From Vicugna vicugna (lineage: Eukaryota): a stretch of 64,000 nucleotides of DNA. The position numbers and the translations under genes are program-made. Of this stretch, positions 37,608-49,435 are shown in pieces (the stretch's first letter is position 1; each line of letters begins with the position of its first letter). The notes beneath the pieces were generated by a model, which had not been told where the DNA came from, searched no databases, and saw only the letters and a program-made list of their open reading frames with translations. Location of the stretch: assembly GCA_013265495.1 (NCBI GenBank), contig MU058844.1, positions 5,641,260 to 5,705,259 on the forward strand, in the 5' to 3' direction.

Positions 37608-39079
37608 GGTAAGCATTGTGCTAGTTGCTTTTCATTCTTCCTTTCATTTAATCCTTGCACAGTCCTTATGAGCTGGGCTTTATGCAATAGAGGAAACAAT
37701 TTTAGAGAGATGAAGGAGCTCTCGTGGGGCTGCAGAGAGACTGAGCTGAGAAACTGGGAAATGTGGAGTCTGTCTGAATGGCTCTAGAACCTTTTACTCT
37801 TAACCATTATACTATATACTTTCATTATTATTATTTTAGGTGTATATAATTCATGATATTAGCTATTAACAGTCATTTTAATTTTCAAGTGACACTTTTT
37901 ATTTGTTCTGAATAATACATGTGGTACTATATTAAATTAAGCTAAGATGGATGAACTATTGTCTGTAGATCAGTTTTGTTTTCCTTGAACAATTTTATCA
38001 ACTCCTTGAAACAACTTCAGTTTCCCAAGATCCAAGCAGCTGTACCAAAGTGTCTGTGAGCCTCTTACCATGCTCATCTACACTTCAGCCAATCTTTGCT
38101 ATCTGATAACCCAACACTTTTCTGTTAAGAGGAATTTTTGTAATTCTGTAACTGTTCACTTTTCTCGCATTCTTCTTTTCACAGAATGGCGTTGACTCTT
38201 CTTTTCACAGAATGACAGAAATTCATTTTCAAGCCCACTTATATATTATGCCCTGGCATGTTGGAGACAAACCACTGACCCCAATGTTATTTTTCACCTT
38301 AATGTAATAGGCTGACTCCAGCAAGTCTGGGTATATAATATGAACAGAGGATGGCTAAGCATTCTTATGTAAATACAGGTTTTCCTTCTCATTCAGTTCC
38401 TGAAAACTCACTTTTGGAATATGCCATTTGTAAATCTGCCAAGGAATTCTTGCTTATGATTAGCTAGGCTTTTTATATCATTATTTGGTGCAAAGCCTCA
38501 GTAGACAAAAACTTTCAAGGGTTTAGTCCATGACATTGATGTGGTTTTGGAACTGCCCACTTTGCTTTGTATTACATTCAACTTATATTTAATACTAACT
38601 TCAGTGGGAGGAATAGATAGATATATATATATATAAATGGAAGCCACTTTTAAAAACTAGAATATCTTAGGTACACACACAAAAAACTATTGGAGTCTTT
38701 TATCTTTAGAGCTGCATAAAATTTTTGCTGAATTAAAACTATTTGTGGTTTTCATGATATTTTGGAATTATTGATAACTCACAGCTAAGTCCTCTTTCCT
38801 TCTCAGTGTGTTTCACTGTAGGTTATCATGTACAATTTATATGCTGATGAATCTCCAAATTTGGACTGAAGTCTAATCTCCTTTCTTCAAGTTTCACACT
38901 TGTATACTCCAATTTTCACTCAAAATTTCCAATTACCTATCTCACATCCAGACATAAATTCAATGTTACCAGTATATATTCATCTTTCATTGCTTTCTAT
39001 CGTAATAAATGGTATCAGTCAATTTTCTTGCCATAAACCTGGGAAGCAACATTGATGTCTTCTTCTTCTAAATATATTT

Positions 39080-39330
39080 AATTAACAAATACTTACATAG
39101 TTCTCCTTAACTTCTAGTCCTTGTTTGAAGAGCTTTATATTTTATTTAATTCACATAAAGTACCAGTGAAATAGATACTATTATTATTCTCATTTTATAA
39201 ATAAGGAGACTGAAACACAGAAAATTTAATAACAAGCCCAAGATCACACAACTTAAATAATGAAGTCAGGATTTGAACCCAAGAAGTCTAGGGTTAGAAT
39301 CTGTACCTTCAACCAGCATACTATGCTATA
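39080..39330 (-). mobile_element. MIR SINE (within L2 remnant of about 38800-39440)
   Basis: attattattctcattttataaataaggagactgaaacacaga...caagatcacacaac...ggatttgaacccaag. Confidence 0.85.
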
Positions 39331-39692
39331 TCCAGGAAATTAATCTTGCCAAGTGAATTTTTCAAATATTTCTCCAACCTAACTACCAACATGCTATCTA
39401 CTCCGTATTTTACAACTACTAAAAGCCTCCTAACTCACGCTTTCTTTTCTTTGTAGGGAAATAGGAAGTGATTAATTGACAATTAGCATTTAAGAAGAGT
39501 TTTGTTGTTGTGTAAGCAGGAGAGATTCATTATCAAGGTAACCTGAGATCAGATTCTCTGACCATCTGTGCAGTGAATGCATGGATTTATTTCAGATATC
39601 ATCATTGAATTCTTTTTTTACTTGAGGTCAAGTTCAAAGAGATAAATAAACTTTCAAATAACTTAGATGAAGGAAAAAAACACAATTCTTAA

Positions 39693-40269
39693 CAGTATGT
39701 GGTTCCTCAGAAGTATTAAAGAGTTACCATTTGATCCAGCAATTCCACTTCTCGTACATATCCAAAAAGAATTGAAAACAGGAGCCCAAACTGGTATCTG
39801 TACACCAATGTTGATAGCACTGTCATTCACAATAACCAAAAGATGGAAGCGATGCAAATGCCCATTGATGGATAAATGGATAAACAAAATATGCAGACTT
39901 CAAAAGAAAGGAAATTCTTACACATGATACAACATGGATGAAACTTGAAGACAATATACTAAGTGAAATAAACCAGACACAAAGACAATTACTGTATGAT
40001 TCCACTTATATGAAGTACATGGACTAGTCACCTTCATAGATACAGAAAGTAGAATGGTAGTTGTCAGGGACTAGGGGGAGAAAGATAAGGAGAATTATCT
40101 TTTGTTTGATGGGTACAGAGTTTCAGTTTGGGAAGATGAACAAATTTTGGAGAGGAATGATGGTGATGGTTCTACAACAATGGGAGTGTGTTTAATGTCA
40201 CTGAACCATTTAACTAAAAAATGATTAAAACAGTAAATTTTATCTTATATACTTTACCACAATAACAAC
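39693..40269 (+). mobile_element. L1MB 3' end (ORF2 C-terminus plus 3' UTR)
   Basis: ORF 39667..39927 (ELPFDPAIPLL...CTPMLIA..FTITKRWK...CPLMDKWINK) is the ORF2p C-terminus. A degenerate TSD aacacaattcttaa/aatacagttcttaa lies at 39679-39692 and 40270-40283. Confidence 0.9.
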
Positions 40270-41236
40270 AATACAGTTCTTAAGGGAATACAAGAATAGT
40301 TGAATAACACTTTCAAAAAAGGTGGAAACAAAGGAGGTTCAAAAATGTGAAGAGCAGTTGACTTTCAGTGCAGTCCTTTCCCCATCAATATAATCTAGAT
40401 CCCATCATGTCTTACTTCAAATATTCAAATATTCACCTGGGGGCAGTGAGTCTTTGAGAAGGTGAGGTCATTTAGTATGAAGGAGATAGTGCTCTTTGCA
40501 AGGCAGTTCCTCTGAGAAATGAGGGGGTAAGCAGAAATTAATGGACATCTCTAATACAGCTGACATCCAGCTGCCCCCCAAAAAACCCACAAACAAACAA
40601 ACAAAACAAACTAAATTGCAGTTTATAATTGATTTAGTACTGAGAAATTGCCTTTGTCCTGAGTAGCACTGCCTAAAATGTACTAACAGTTACATTTTAT
40701 GATTGTAATTAATTGAGATTTTTTGACTACTCGCAAGAAATGTCAGTAGATCTTAGGGAGCAAAACTAAACATAAGAAAAAAAATCAAGAGTAAATCTTA
40801 TTTAAATACTTTTTTGGAAAAATATAGAAATAAATCCTATATCTCAATATTAAAATAAAGACAGATGTACAAATCAGATAACCTATTCAAGGATATTTTA
40901 AGTCACTTAGTGATATAAAAAAATTTATGCATGTTCTTTCCAAACAAATACAGTATAAGGACTTTGTGCTCTTTTTTTACAGTTTTTTTTAAAGTACTCT
41001 TACTAAGAGCTTGTGATTATCTGCTAAAAGTTCACAACCATTAAATAAATGGTGTGGAGTGAATAAAAACAGCATGGTGTGAAAATGAAAAAACATGCAT
41101 ACATATAGTTATATATATATGATAAAATATATACAAAAAGCTAGTGTGGTGTGTGTTTGTGGGGAGGGGAGTAGTAGTTAAGTGGGGGACCGTAATGTTT
41201 TCTCAACTTGTGAAGGTAAAACAAACTGAAAAAATG

Positions 41237-41400
41237 CACACACATACAAAACACACACACACAACTTACTTTTTGTTTTCAGTGTGTGTGTGTGTGTGTG
41301 TGTATAGTGAGTGTATATATTTATATGTGTGCATGTGTGGGTATATATAAATATATGTGTGTATATATAATGGATGTATAGTTACAAGTATTTATACATA
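41237..41400. repeat. (CA)n/(TG)n/(TA)n low-complexity tract
   Basis: Seen directly. Confidence 0.85.
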
Positions 41401-42449
41401 AAATTGTATACTTATAATGTAAAGTACTTATTATTCAAGGCTAACATATGTAGCCATTTTTCTAAGCATCTTCTCCAAAGATAACCCTTAATGCTTCAGA
41501 GCCAACCTCATCAGAATAACATAGGAATGTCACAATGAATATCAATATATTCTAATTCCCCCAAAGATCATATATATTTAACTGTGACAATGTTACTTAT
41601 ATTTTGGTGAGAAAAATTACTCCAGAGATAATCAGCAATTTCATTGACTGTTTTCAATAAATATGTTTGTGTCATTCTATGAATTTTACAAGTAAAAACC
41701 CAGCTCTAAGGCCTGAACAGTCTCTTCCAACACAAAGAAAAGTTCAAATTTTATCCTTACAAATATGTTACCTCTGTTCTGCCTGCAGTCAGTTGTTTGC
41801 CAGCCAAGGCTTGTATATCGGCTTGTAAAATCTTTTGATATCTTCATATCTTTCAATTCAGTTTTATGATTTATTTACATCCCTTCCTTGAGTTATTACA
41901 TTCTAATGCATATACAAAATATTTGAGAAGATAGCTCAAAACTAAGAAGGTAATAAATATAAAATGTAAAATTTTAATTAAAATACAGAATAATATTTAC
42001 TAGGTACTCTCAAAATACAAAGATCTAGACCCGTATTTCTGATTTGTGGTTTTACCAGCCAATTTATGGGTTAGTTTATAACCTCAAGTTACTTTTAAAA
42101 AAATTTACCTATATATAAAATAAAATCTTTTAAACCAATAGCAGAGTTTTCACAAGCAACATAACCATGTGGGAATAAAGTTAAGAACTATCCTATATGG
42201 TAATTAATGGGTCAAAGTTTTGAAATACAATAATAAATAAAGCATTTTAGCCAATGTTTTATATATATATTAAAATGGCTTATCTTTCCTCTAATTCTGA
42301 CATCAGGTAGAAGTTACTTCCCAAAAGAGTTATAAAATGCAAATTATATAGAAAATTAGGAAATTAAATATAAATAGCTACGTCATGCCAAAGACTTTAA
42401 TCTTACATGCATATTTTGTGTAGTGTACTGAAATGACTAGACATTTGTT

Positions 42450-43340
42450 TAGTTTACAAAACCATATTGAATGTTTAACCTAGTAAGCGAAGCAGGCAAA
42501 TGGTCTTTTTTCAAGGACCTTATATTCTAGTAAAATATACAAACAGTTAAAAAGCCACAAAAATAAATATATTTACTGCAATGATAAATACAACAAAAGA
42601 AAGGTACCTAGACTAACAGAACATATAATAGGGATTTGACTTAATTCAGGAGGTCAAGGAAGACTTCTCTGAACAGCAGATGGCTGACTGGATGAGTAGA
42701 TACATCTAGATAAAGAGGAAGATGGAGTAGGTAGCAGAGTATTTAGACAGAATACAAAGACCTAAGGCCAAAAGATGTAACATGATTATGAGTGAGTAAC
42801 AGAAGTTTCAAATGACTTTTTTTGTGATAACAAGGAGTAATATGAAAAGAAGAATGGGTAAAGTCAGAAGAAACTGTCTGGATTTACAAGCAGGCCCTGT
42901 AGCAAACCATATTACGACAAGAAATGGGACTAAAATGTATCATTTGAGATGGAGAAGAAAGAGAACGAGAGTGAGGTCAAGAAGGCTGGTAGCAGATGAG
43001 GTTAGAGAGATTGGGGCCAGATCAGACAGGACATTGTAAATCATCCTAGAGAGATTCCCCCTGTTTTTTTTTAAATTTAAGTATAGTCAGTGTACAATAT
43101 TGTGTCAGTTTCTGTTGTATAGTGTAATAATTCAGTAGTACATATACATATAGTCATTTTCATATTCTTTTTCATTAAAAGTTACTACAGGATATTGAAT
43201 ATAGTTCCTTGTGCTATACAGTATAAATTTGTTGTTTATCTATTTTATGTAAACTGGTTAGTATCTGCAGATCTCTTTTTAAGCAAGAATCCCTGAAGGA
43301 TTTTAAACAAGGCTTGGAGACAGTAGGAGTGGGAGGTTAA
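42450..43340 (-). mobile_element. L2 remnant
   Basis: ggaggtcaaggaagacttctctga...agatgaggttagagagattggggccagatcagacaggac. Confidence 0.65.
43064..43275 (-). mobile_element. Artiodactyl-type L1 3' end inserted in L2
   Basis: Homologous to 10826-11017 (cattttcatattctttttcattaaaagttactac...tgtgctatacag). No clear TSD. Confidence 0.8.
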
Positions 43341-44222
43341 GGATCTGATACACTGACATTACATGTCCCATTCACTGTGATTCTTATTCCTCTCCAGAGC
43401 AGATCCAACACTAAAGCACAACACACTTCTGGTATGCCTCTCAATTCATCATGAACTAGGTTACATCTAATCAATCCAAAATGATTCAGAAGATGCTTAA
43501 GAGTCTTGCTATGCTTCTTGGTCTTGATAGTGCATACTGAAAATCAATACAGTGCTATAGATATAAGCTGGAAAATATTGCTCTAAACCAGTCACAACAT
43601 TGCTATATATCTTAAAAGTTGCTTTTCTCAGGAAATTGCTTCTAATAGCTTGCTAATTTTGGGGTTTTTTTGTTTTGTTTTCCTATTAATACAAGTACAA
43701 AACAAACATTTGACATTTCAGCCTTCTAGGTAAATTTATGCTTATCTTAACTGACCAATATGACAATTCACCTGCTATATTTTATTTAGTGTTTCAAATT
43801 CTCCCTTGAATGAGAGTTCTTTGAGACCAAAGTGAGTCATGTTCATATTTGTGTCATAGTGATTAACACAATGTCAGACCATCAATATTTTTTGATTGGA
43901 AAAATGAATGGAAAGAAAATGGATACAATTTCTTGTATGTATATTCTCCTGCAATATTTCACTAATTCTTAAAATGTCACATCAATTCAATAAATATTTA
44001 ATGAGTGTGTATTCCATACAAGAATGTGTTAGGCAAATATTTATAAGTTCCTCACAGTTGTTTTCAGATGTGTCTTCTACAGATAGTTTTGTTGAGAATT
44101 ATCATAGTTTTATCACATACCTCATTAACCCTCCTGGATCTATTGAATATTTATAAGTACTTATAAATTTAATGAATAGGCTTTCCTCTTTAATTAAAAC
44201 AAAACAAAACAAAACCTATATA

Positions 44223-44300
44223 CAGTTGGCCCGTGAACAACACGGTTTGAACTGAGTAGATCCATTTACACGTGAATTTACTTCAGCAGTACATTCACTG
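44223..44300 (+). mobile_element. Tigger2-like (TcMar) terminal fragment
   Basis: TA followed by cagttggcccgtgaacaacacggtttgaactg resembles the Tigger2 end CAGTTGACCCTTGAACAACACGGGTTTGAACTG. Confidence 0.75.
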
Positions 44301-44309
44301 GTACATTTA

Positions 44310-46455
44310 GATGACTGACATTAAAAGTGATTATTGATATAATTGGATTAGTATCTATCATATTTGTTGATGTTTTGCATGTGTTTCCCTTGTTCTTTGT
44401 TTCTATTTTTGTCTCCTTGTCTTTTTCTGCCTTTTCTGGTTAACTGAGCATTTTATGATTCAACTTTATCTCCTTTCTTAGCATATTAGTTTTTTTTTTT
44501 ATTGGTTTTAGTCATTGCCCTTAAGTTTACAATATACATTTACAGTTAATTCAGGTCTACTTTCAAATGGATTATGCCACTTCATAGATAGTATATATGC
44601 TTTATAATCACAAAATAATCCTAAAATCTCCCTTCCATCCTTTGTATCAATGCTGTCATTCACTCACTTATACATAAACACACATATTTTATCCATGCAT
44701 CTACCTATAATGTATATATATATATATACACACACATATATATGACTATACATAATCAGATCCATTATTATTTTGAATAAACTGTTATCTGTAAGATCAA
44801 TTAAGAATAAGGCAAAAGGAAGTTTTTATTTTACCTTTACTATTTCTTCTACAATGGTTTCCTTTCTTTAAGTAGATCTGAATTTCTGACCTATATGATT
44901 TTCCTTCTTTCTGAAGAATTTCTTTTAATATGTCTTGCAAGGAAGGTCTACTGGCAACAAATTCCTCAATTTTTGTTTGTCTGAGCATGTCGTTATTTCT
45001 CCTCCATTTTTGAAGGATGATTGCCAGGGTACAGAATTCTTGTTTGTTTGTTTGTCTCAGCATTTTAACCATTTTACTCTACTCTCTTGTTGCCTCCATG
45101 GTCTGAGGAGAAGTCAGATGTAATTCTTGTCTTTGTTCCTCTACATGTAAGGCTCTCCACAACCAGCTTTTTACAGGAAATTTTTTTTCCTGTAGTTTGA
45201 AAATGATGCCCAATTGTTGGTTTTTAAGTCATTCATCTTGCTTGGTGCTAGGCTTCCTTATGATTTATGGTTTGGTATGTGACATTAAGTTGAGGACATT
45301 CTCAGCTATTATTGCTTCAGATATTTCTTCTGTTTCTTTTTCATTTTCTTCTCTTCTGGAATTCCCACTATGCATGTGTTACATTATGTGTATGCTTATG
45401 TAGTTCTCCCACAGTTCTTAAATATTCTAATTTTTTCCCACATTCTTTTTGATTTTCCCTTTTGGAGGTTTCTTTTGAGATAGTTTCAAGTTCAGAGATT
45501 CTTTTCCTGTTATATCCAGTCCACTAATAAGTCCATCAAAGACATTCTTCATTTCTGTTATAATGTTTTTAATGTTTTTTATTTCTGTTTGGTTCTTTCC
45601 TAGAAATTTCAGCTCTCTGCTAACATTACCACCTATTCTTGTATGCTGTTTACTTATCCGTTAGATTCCTTAGGGTATTAATCATAGTTGTTTTAAATTC
45701 CTGGTCTGATAATGACAACATCCCTGCTGTATCTGAGTAGTTTTGATTCCTGTTCTGCTTCTTCAAACTGTTTTTTTTTTTTCCTTTTAGTATGCCTTGT
45801 AATTTTCTTGACAGTGAGACATGATGTGCTAGGTAAAAGGAACTGCTGTAAATAATCCTTTAGTAATGTGGCTGTACAGTATGGGGGCAAGGGAGCCATT
45901 CTATAATCATATGATGAAGTCTGAGTCATTTAGTGAGTCTGTGCCTCTTGACTGTGACCTTCACCTGCGCTTCTCGATCCTGCCCCTACCCCCGTAAGTG
46001 GGTTAGCATGGTTGGAGGAGGCCGGAGCTGGATATTTGCCTTCCCCCAGATCCGTTAGGCTCTGATAAAAACCAACACAGATTAGAGTCTGTGACTGTTT
46101 TCTCCAGTAGAGACACCTTGTTAAGAACAAAATGCTCTATTTTGCTTCAGAATGATTGTTGTCCCTTTCCGTGAGCCTCTGGCAGTTCCTCAGTTACAGT
46201 TCAGGTTCTCCTACCCCAGCACTGGTTCCTGAACGTGTGTCAGTTTGCGGGTTTCTGCTCTGGTAAGTTGTGAGCCTCTGTATCTGCCTATCAGTCCCTC
46301 CAGTTTTGGAGGCAGCAGTTTTCCCTAAGACCTCACTTCTTTGATGGATCTAAGAAAAGTTGTTGATTTTTTTTTCAATTTGTTCAGCTTTTCACTCACT
46401 AGAATGAAACGGCTAATTCCAAGGTTCTTACAGGTTAGACTGGAAACCAGAAGTC
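44310..46455 (-). mobile_element. L1MC/MD-type 5' end, 5' UTR and ORF1
   Basis: The minus strand begins GACTTCTGGTTTCCAGTC. ORF 44797..45072 (EEFVASRPSLQDILKEILQ) is the ORF1p C-terminus. Confidence 0.8.
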
Positions 46456-46539
46456 CCTTCAGCTATTTCTTTGAAATCCTGAATGCAATGTTTTTGCCTT
46501 TGGTGTTTCCTATCAGTTCAATAGAGTATATCGCATTTA

Positions 46540-47330
46540 AAACTTAACACTTGTATTATTTATTAGTATAGGAGGAGGAGGGGGCAATTCCATTTCTTTA
46601 CATAACTTTTAGTTTCCCTTCCCTTTTAAGTGCCTCATTTTATGTCCTTAGTTTTCTACTACTTTTCCCTAATTTGGACTTAAACTCTCTCAGAAAGTTA
46701 TACTTCCCTTCAATTTTTAAAACAATCGAGTACCCTTTTTTGTAGGTTTTTTTTTTTTTTTAAGTATCCTTCCTGGAGAATGCTGTCTTTCTTTTCTAAT
46801 TTGTACATGATTACTCTCTAGGCCTGCTACCTAGCTGTCATCCTAAGATTGCTTTCAGCATCATAATCAACTGGAAAATTCTCGTGACCACTCTCAAGTG
46901 TTAGATAACCAATTTCCTAAACTCGTATTTTTCTCTTTCTTGCTTCACCCATTGCTCTGTTGGAGCACATCCTGCAACAGCTTCCCGAGAAAGGGTGTGG
47001 AAGGTGACATTTCTATGAGTTTGCATGTCTGCTGATGTCCTGACATTGTTATAGTCAATGACTATAAATTTCTGTGTTGAAAGTAACTTGTAAGCATCCA
47101 CTGTTCCATTGTTTCTTTTCTCAGTTTGGTTGTTGAAAAGTCTGGTGCTGGTCTAATTCCTAAATTTTTTGATGCAACTAGTTTTTTCTTTACTTCAGAC
47201 TTGAAAGATCTCTTTATTCCCAGTGATTTTAAATTTCATGACAATGTGTTTTGATGTGAGTCTTTTTCATTCATTTTGTCAGGTTTCCCATAGGTCCTTT
47301 CAGTATAGAAATATATGTCCTTCTAGGACT
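46540..47330 (-). mobile_element. Ancient L1ME/HAL1-like remnant
   Basis: ggagcacatcctgcaacagcttcccgagaaagggtg... and antisense ORF1-like motifs. Confidence 0.5.
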
Positions 47331-49254
47331 TTCATTCCACTCACTGCATAAGGCAGAAAAAAATGACTCTGTCTTCATTTTGGAAGAATCATTGTGGAGG
47401 GGTTTGGGGTCCCAAAGGGCTTTTTTTGCCAGCTTGCCAACATTTCCATAACAGGCAGTTTTGATCTTTCATTAGTCGCAGCCAAAAACAAATGTACCAG
47501 GAGCAGGTAACCTCTAGCAGAAAAAAAACAATTTCTTGATATCTCCTATATTTTCACATTGTCCACTTTGTGATTTTTTTCTGATTTAATGTAAAAAAGA
47601 ACTAATATGTTTTCAGGTCTACAGTTTCAAAGATAAACTGATAGAGATGATTGATAAATTTGCCAGTTATATCACAGACTCTTAAGTCACACCCACATGT
47701 CATTTATCTTGACAAAGTTTAAGGTTCCTATAGCCTTGATAGTGATCCTTTACCTCTGGTGAGTTCATGGATTAAGTTGAATAATGAGCTCTTGGACAAC
47801 AATCAACCATGATTTGATCAAAGGACATTAATTCATGTTGCCTCTCAACAATGTCCTGAAACAATGGCTGTAATTTAACTACTCTTTTTTTTAAGACGGC
47901 TAGAAAGAACACCCCCACCCCGGCATTTCCTGTTGTGGTCACCCTGGTTGTAGGAGTACACTGTTACTGAATCACTTTAGGTAAAGTGTAGTGGAAGATA
48001 CATTTCCTAATAGTAGCTAATAGCAAAACAGTGAAAACGTACATGAATACAAAGGAGGTTATTTAACAAACCTTGAAAAAGTAACAAAGATAAAGAAAGT
48101 TATTTTGGTCCTACACTGCTGAAGACAAGGAAGCCCTGAAAAAAAGCTAAAACAATATCAGATGAGTAGTTGAAAAACACCTGCTATTTACAGATTATTA
48201 TGAATCAAAGATAAATTGATTTTAAAATATAGATATTGTAATAATAAATGTAGGGAGAAAGAAACTGACTATATATATTACAGGTATACATAGTACTAAA
48301 TGAGACACCTAAAATAATCCTTAGACTTCTTCAGAGCCTATAAGTAGCTTCCTACTAAATGTCAAACAATTATTTAAGTTTTTTATTACATTTACTTAAT
48401 TGTATACACAGGAAGATAAATATATGTACTTCATATATATAAAAGACTATAATAAAGGATAGTATTCCCACTTGTATCTTTAGAAATGTGTTATAGTCCA
48501 GCTTAATATTATACTTTGTATTATATATTTTATTTTTATTATGGATGATACTTAGTGATGAATCATGAAGAAGAGTTCTGCTATATGCTTGAGCAAATAT
48601 AATTAAATGAATGCATATCTCAGACACAGAGCTTGGTTTATAACTATAATTCTATGAAATCATAGAGGACTATAGAAAAGTCTATTATTTCCGTCATCTG
48701 TCATTTCTGTTGGTTTTCACAGATTCTAGTCTCACACAGATACAGATACTGGGATTTTTTCCATTCCACACAACCACCATCCACTTAAGAACCATCCTGT
48801 GTGTCAGTGGGCTTGTACGCATCCTGGACCTTTGAAAAAGAGAATTTTGGTTTAGGGCACTCAGTGTGAGTCTCAGTATTGTGTTCTGGCAAGAGAGGGC
48901 ATTGCTTGTGCCAGATCGTGTGTGGAAGATACCTTGTTTCACCAGTGCACTGGTCTATAAGTGTTGTCTTTGCAGTTCAAGACTCTTTAGGACTAGCGTC
49001 CAATGTTGCTGGGCAGTCTCTGAATGCTGAGTCAGCTCCTGTTCCCATCACTCCCCTACTTCTTGTCCTTTTATTTAATTCAGCCCCACTGACCATGCTC
49101 CATTGCACTTTCCTTCTCAGACTTATCAGACAGGTGATATTCCTCTCTTTACCTTGGTGATGCAGAGTAATCTGGATTTTTTTCTTATTCATTCTCTAAA
49201 GTATTATTTGACATATAAACTATGCCCTACTTCATTCACAGACAACCTCACTGG

Positions 49255-49435
49255 TGGAAGGGGCCAGGTAGTTCTCTGGGGTCTCTCTTATTATAAGGGC
49301 ACCAACCCCAATTGCAAGCCTCTACCCTCACAGCTGAATCACCTCCCAACGGGCCCATCTCCTGATACCATCATATTGGCATTAGCTTTCAACATATGAT
49401 TTCGGGGGTGGGGTACAAATATTCAGTCTATAGCA
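49255..49435 (-). mobile_element. MaLR LTR fragment (MLT1A/MST-like)
   Basis: ctctggggtctctcttattataagggcacc...aatcacctcccaa...caaatattcagtctatagca. Confidence 0.85.

Noticed and set aside
44149..44168. Perfect 20-bp palindrome ATTTATAAGTACTTATAAAT
   Set aside because: Very AT-rich and plausible by chance, with no linked structure.
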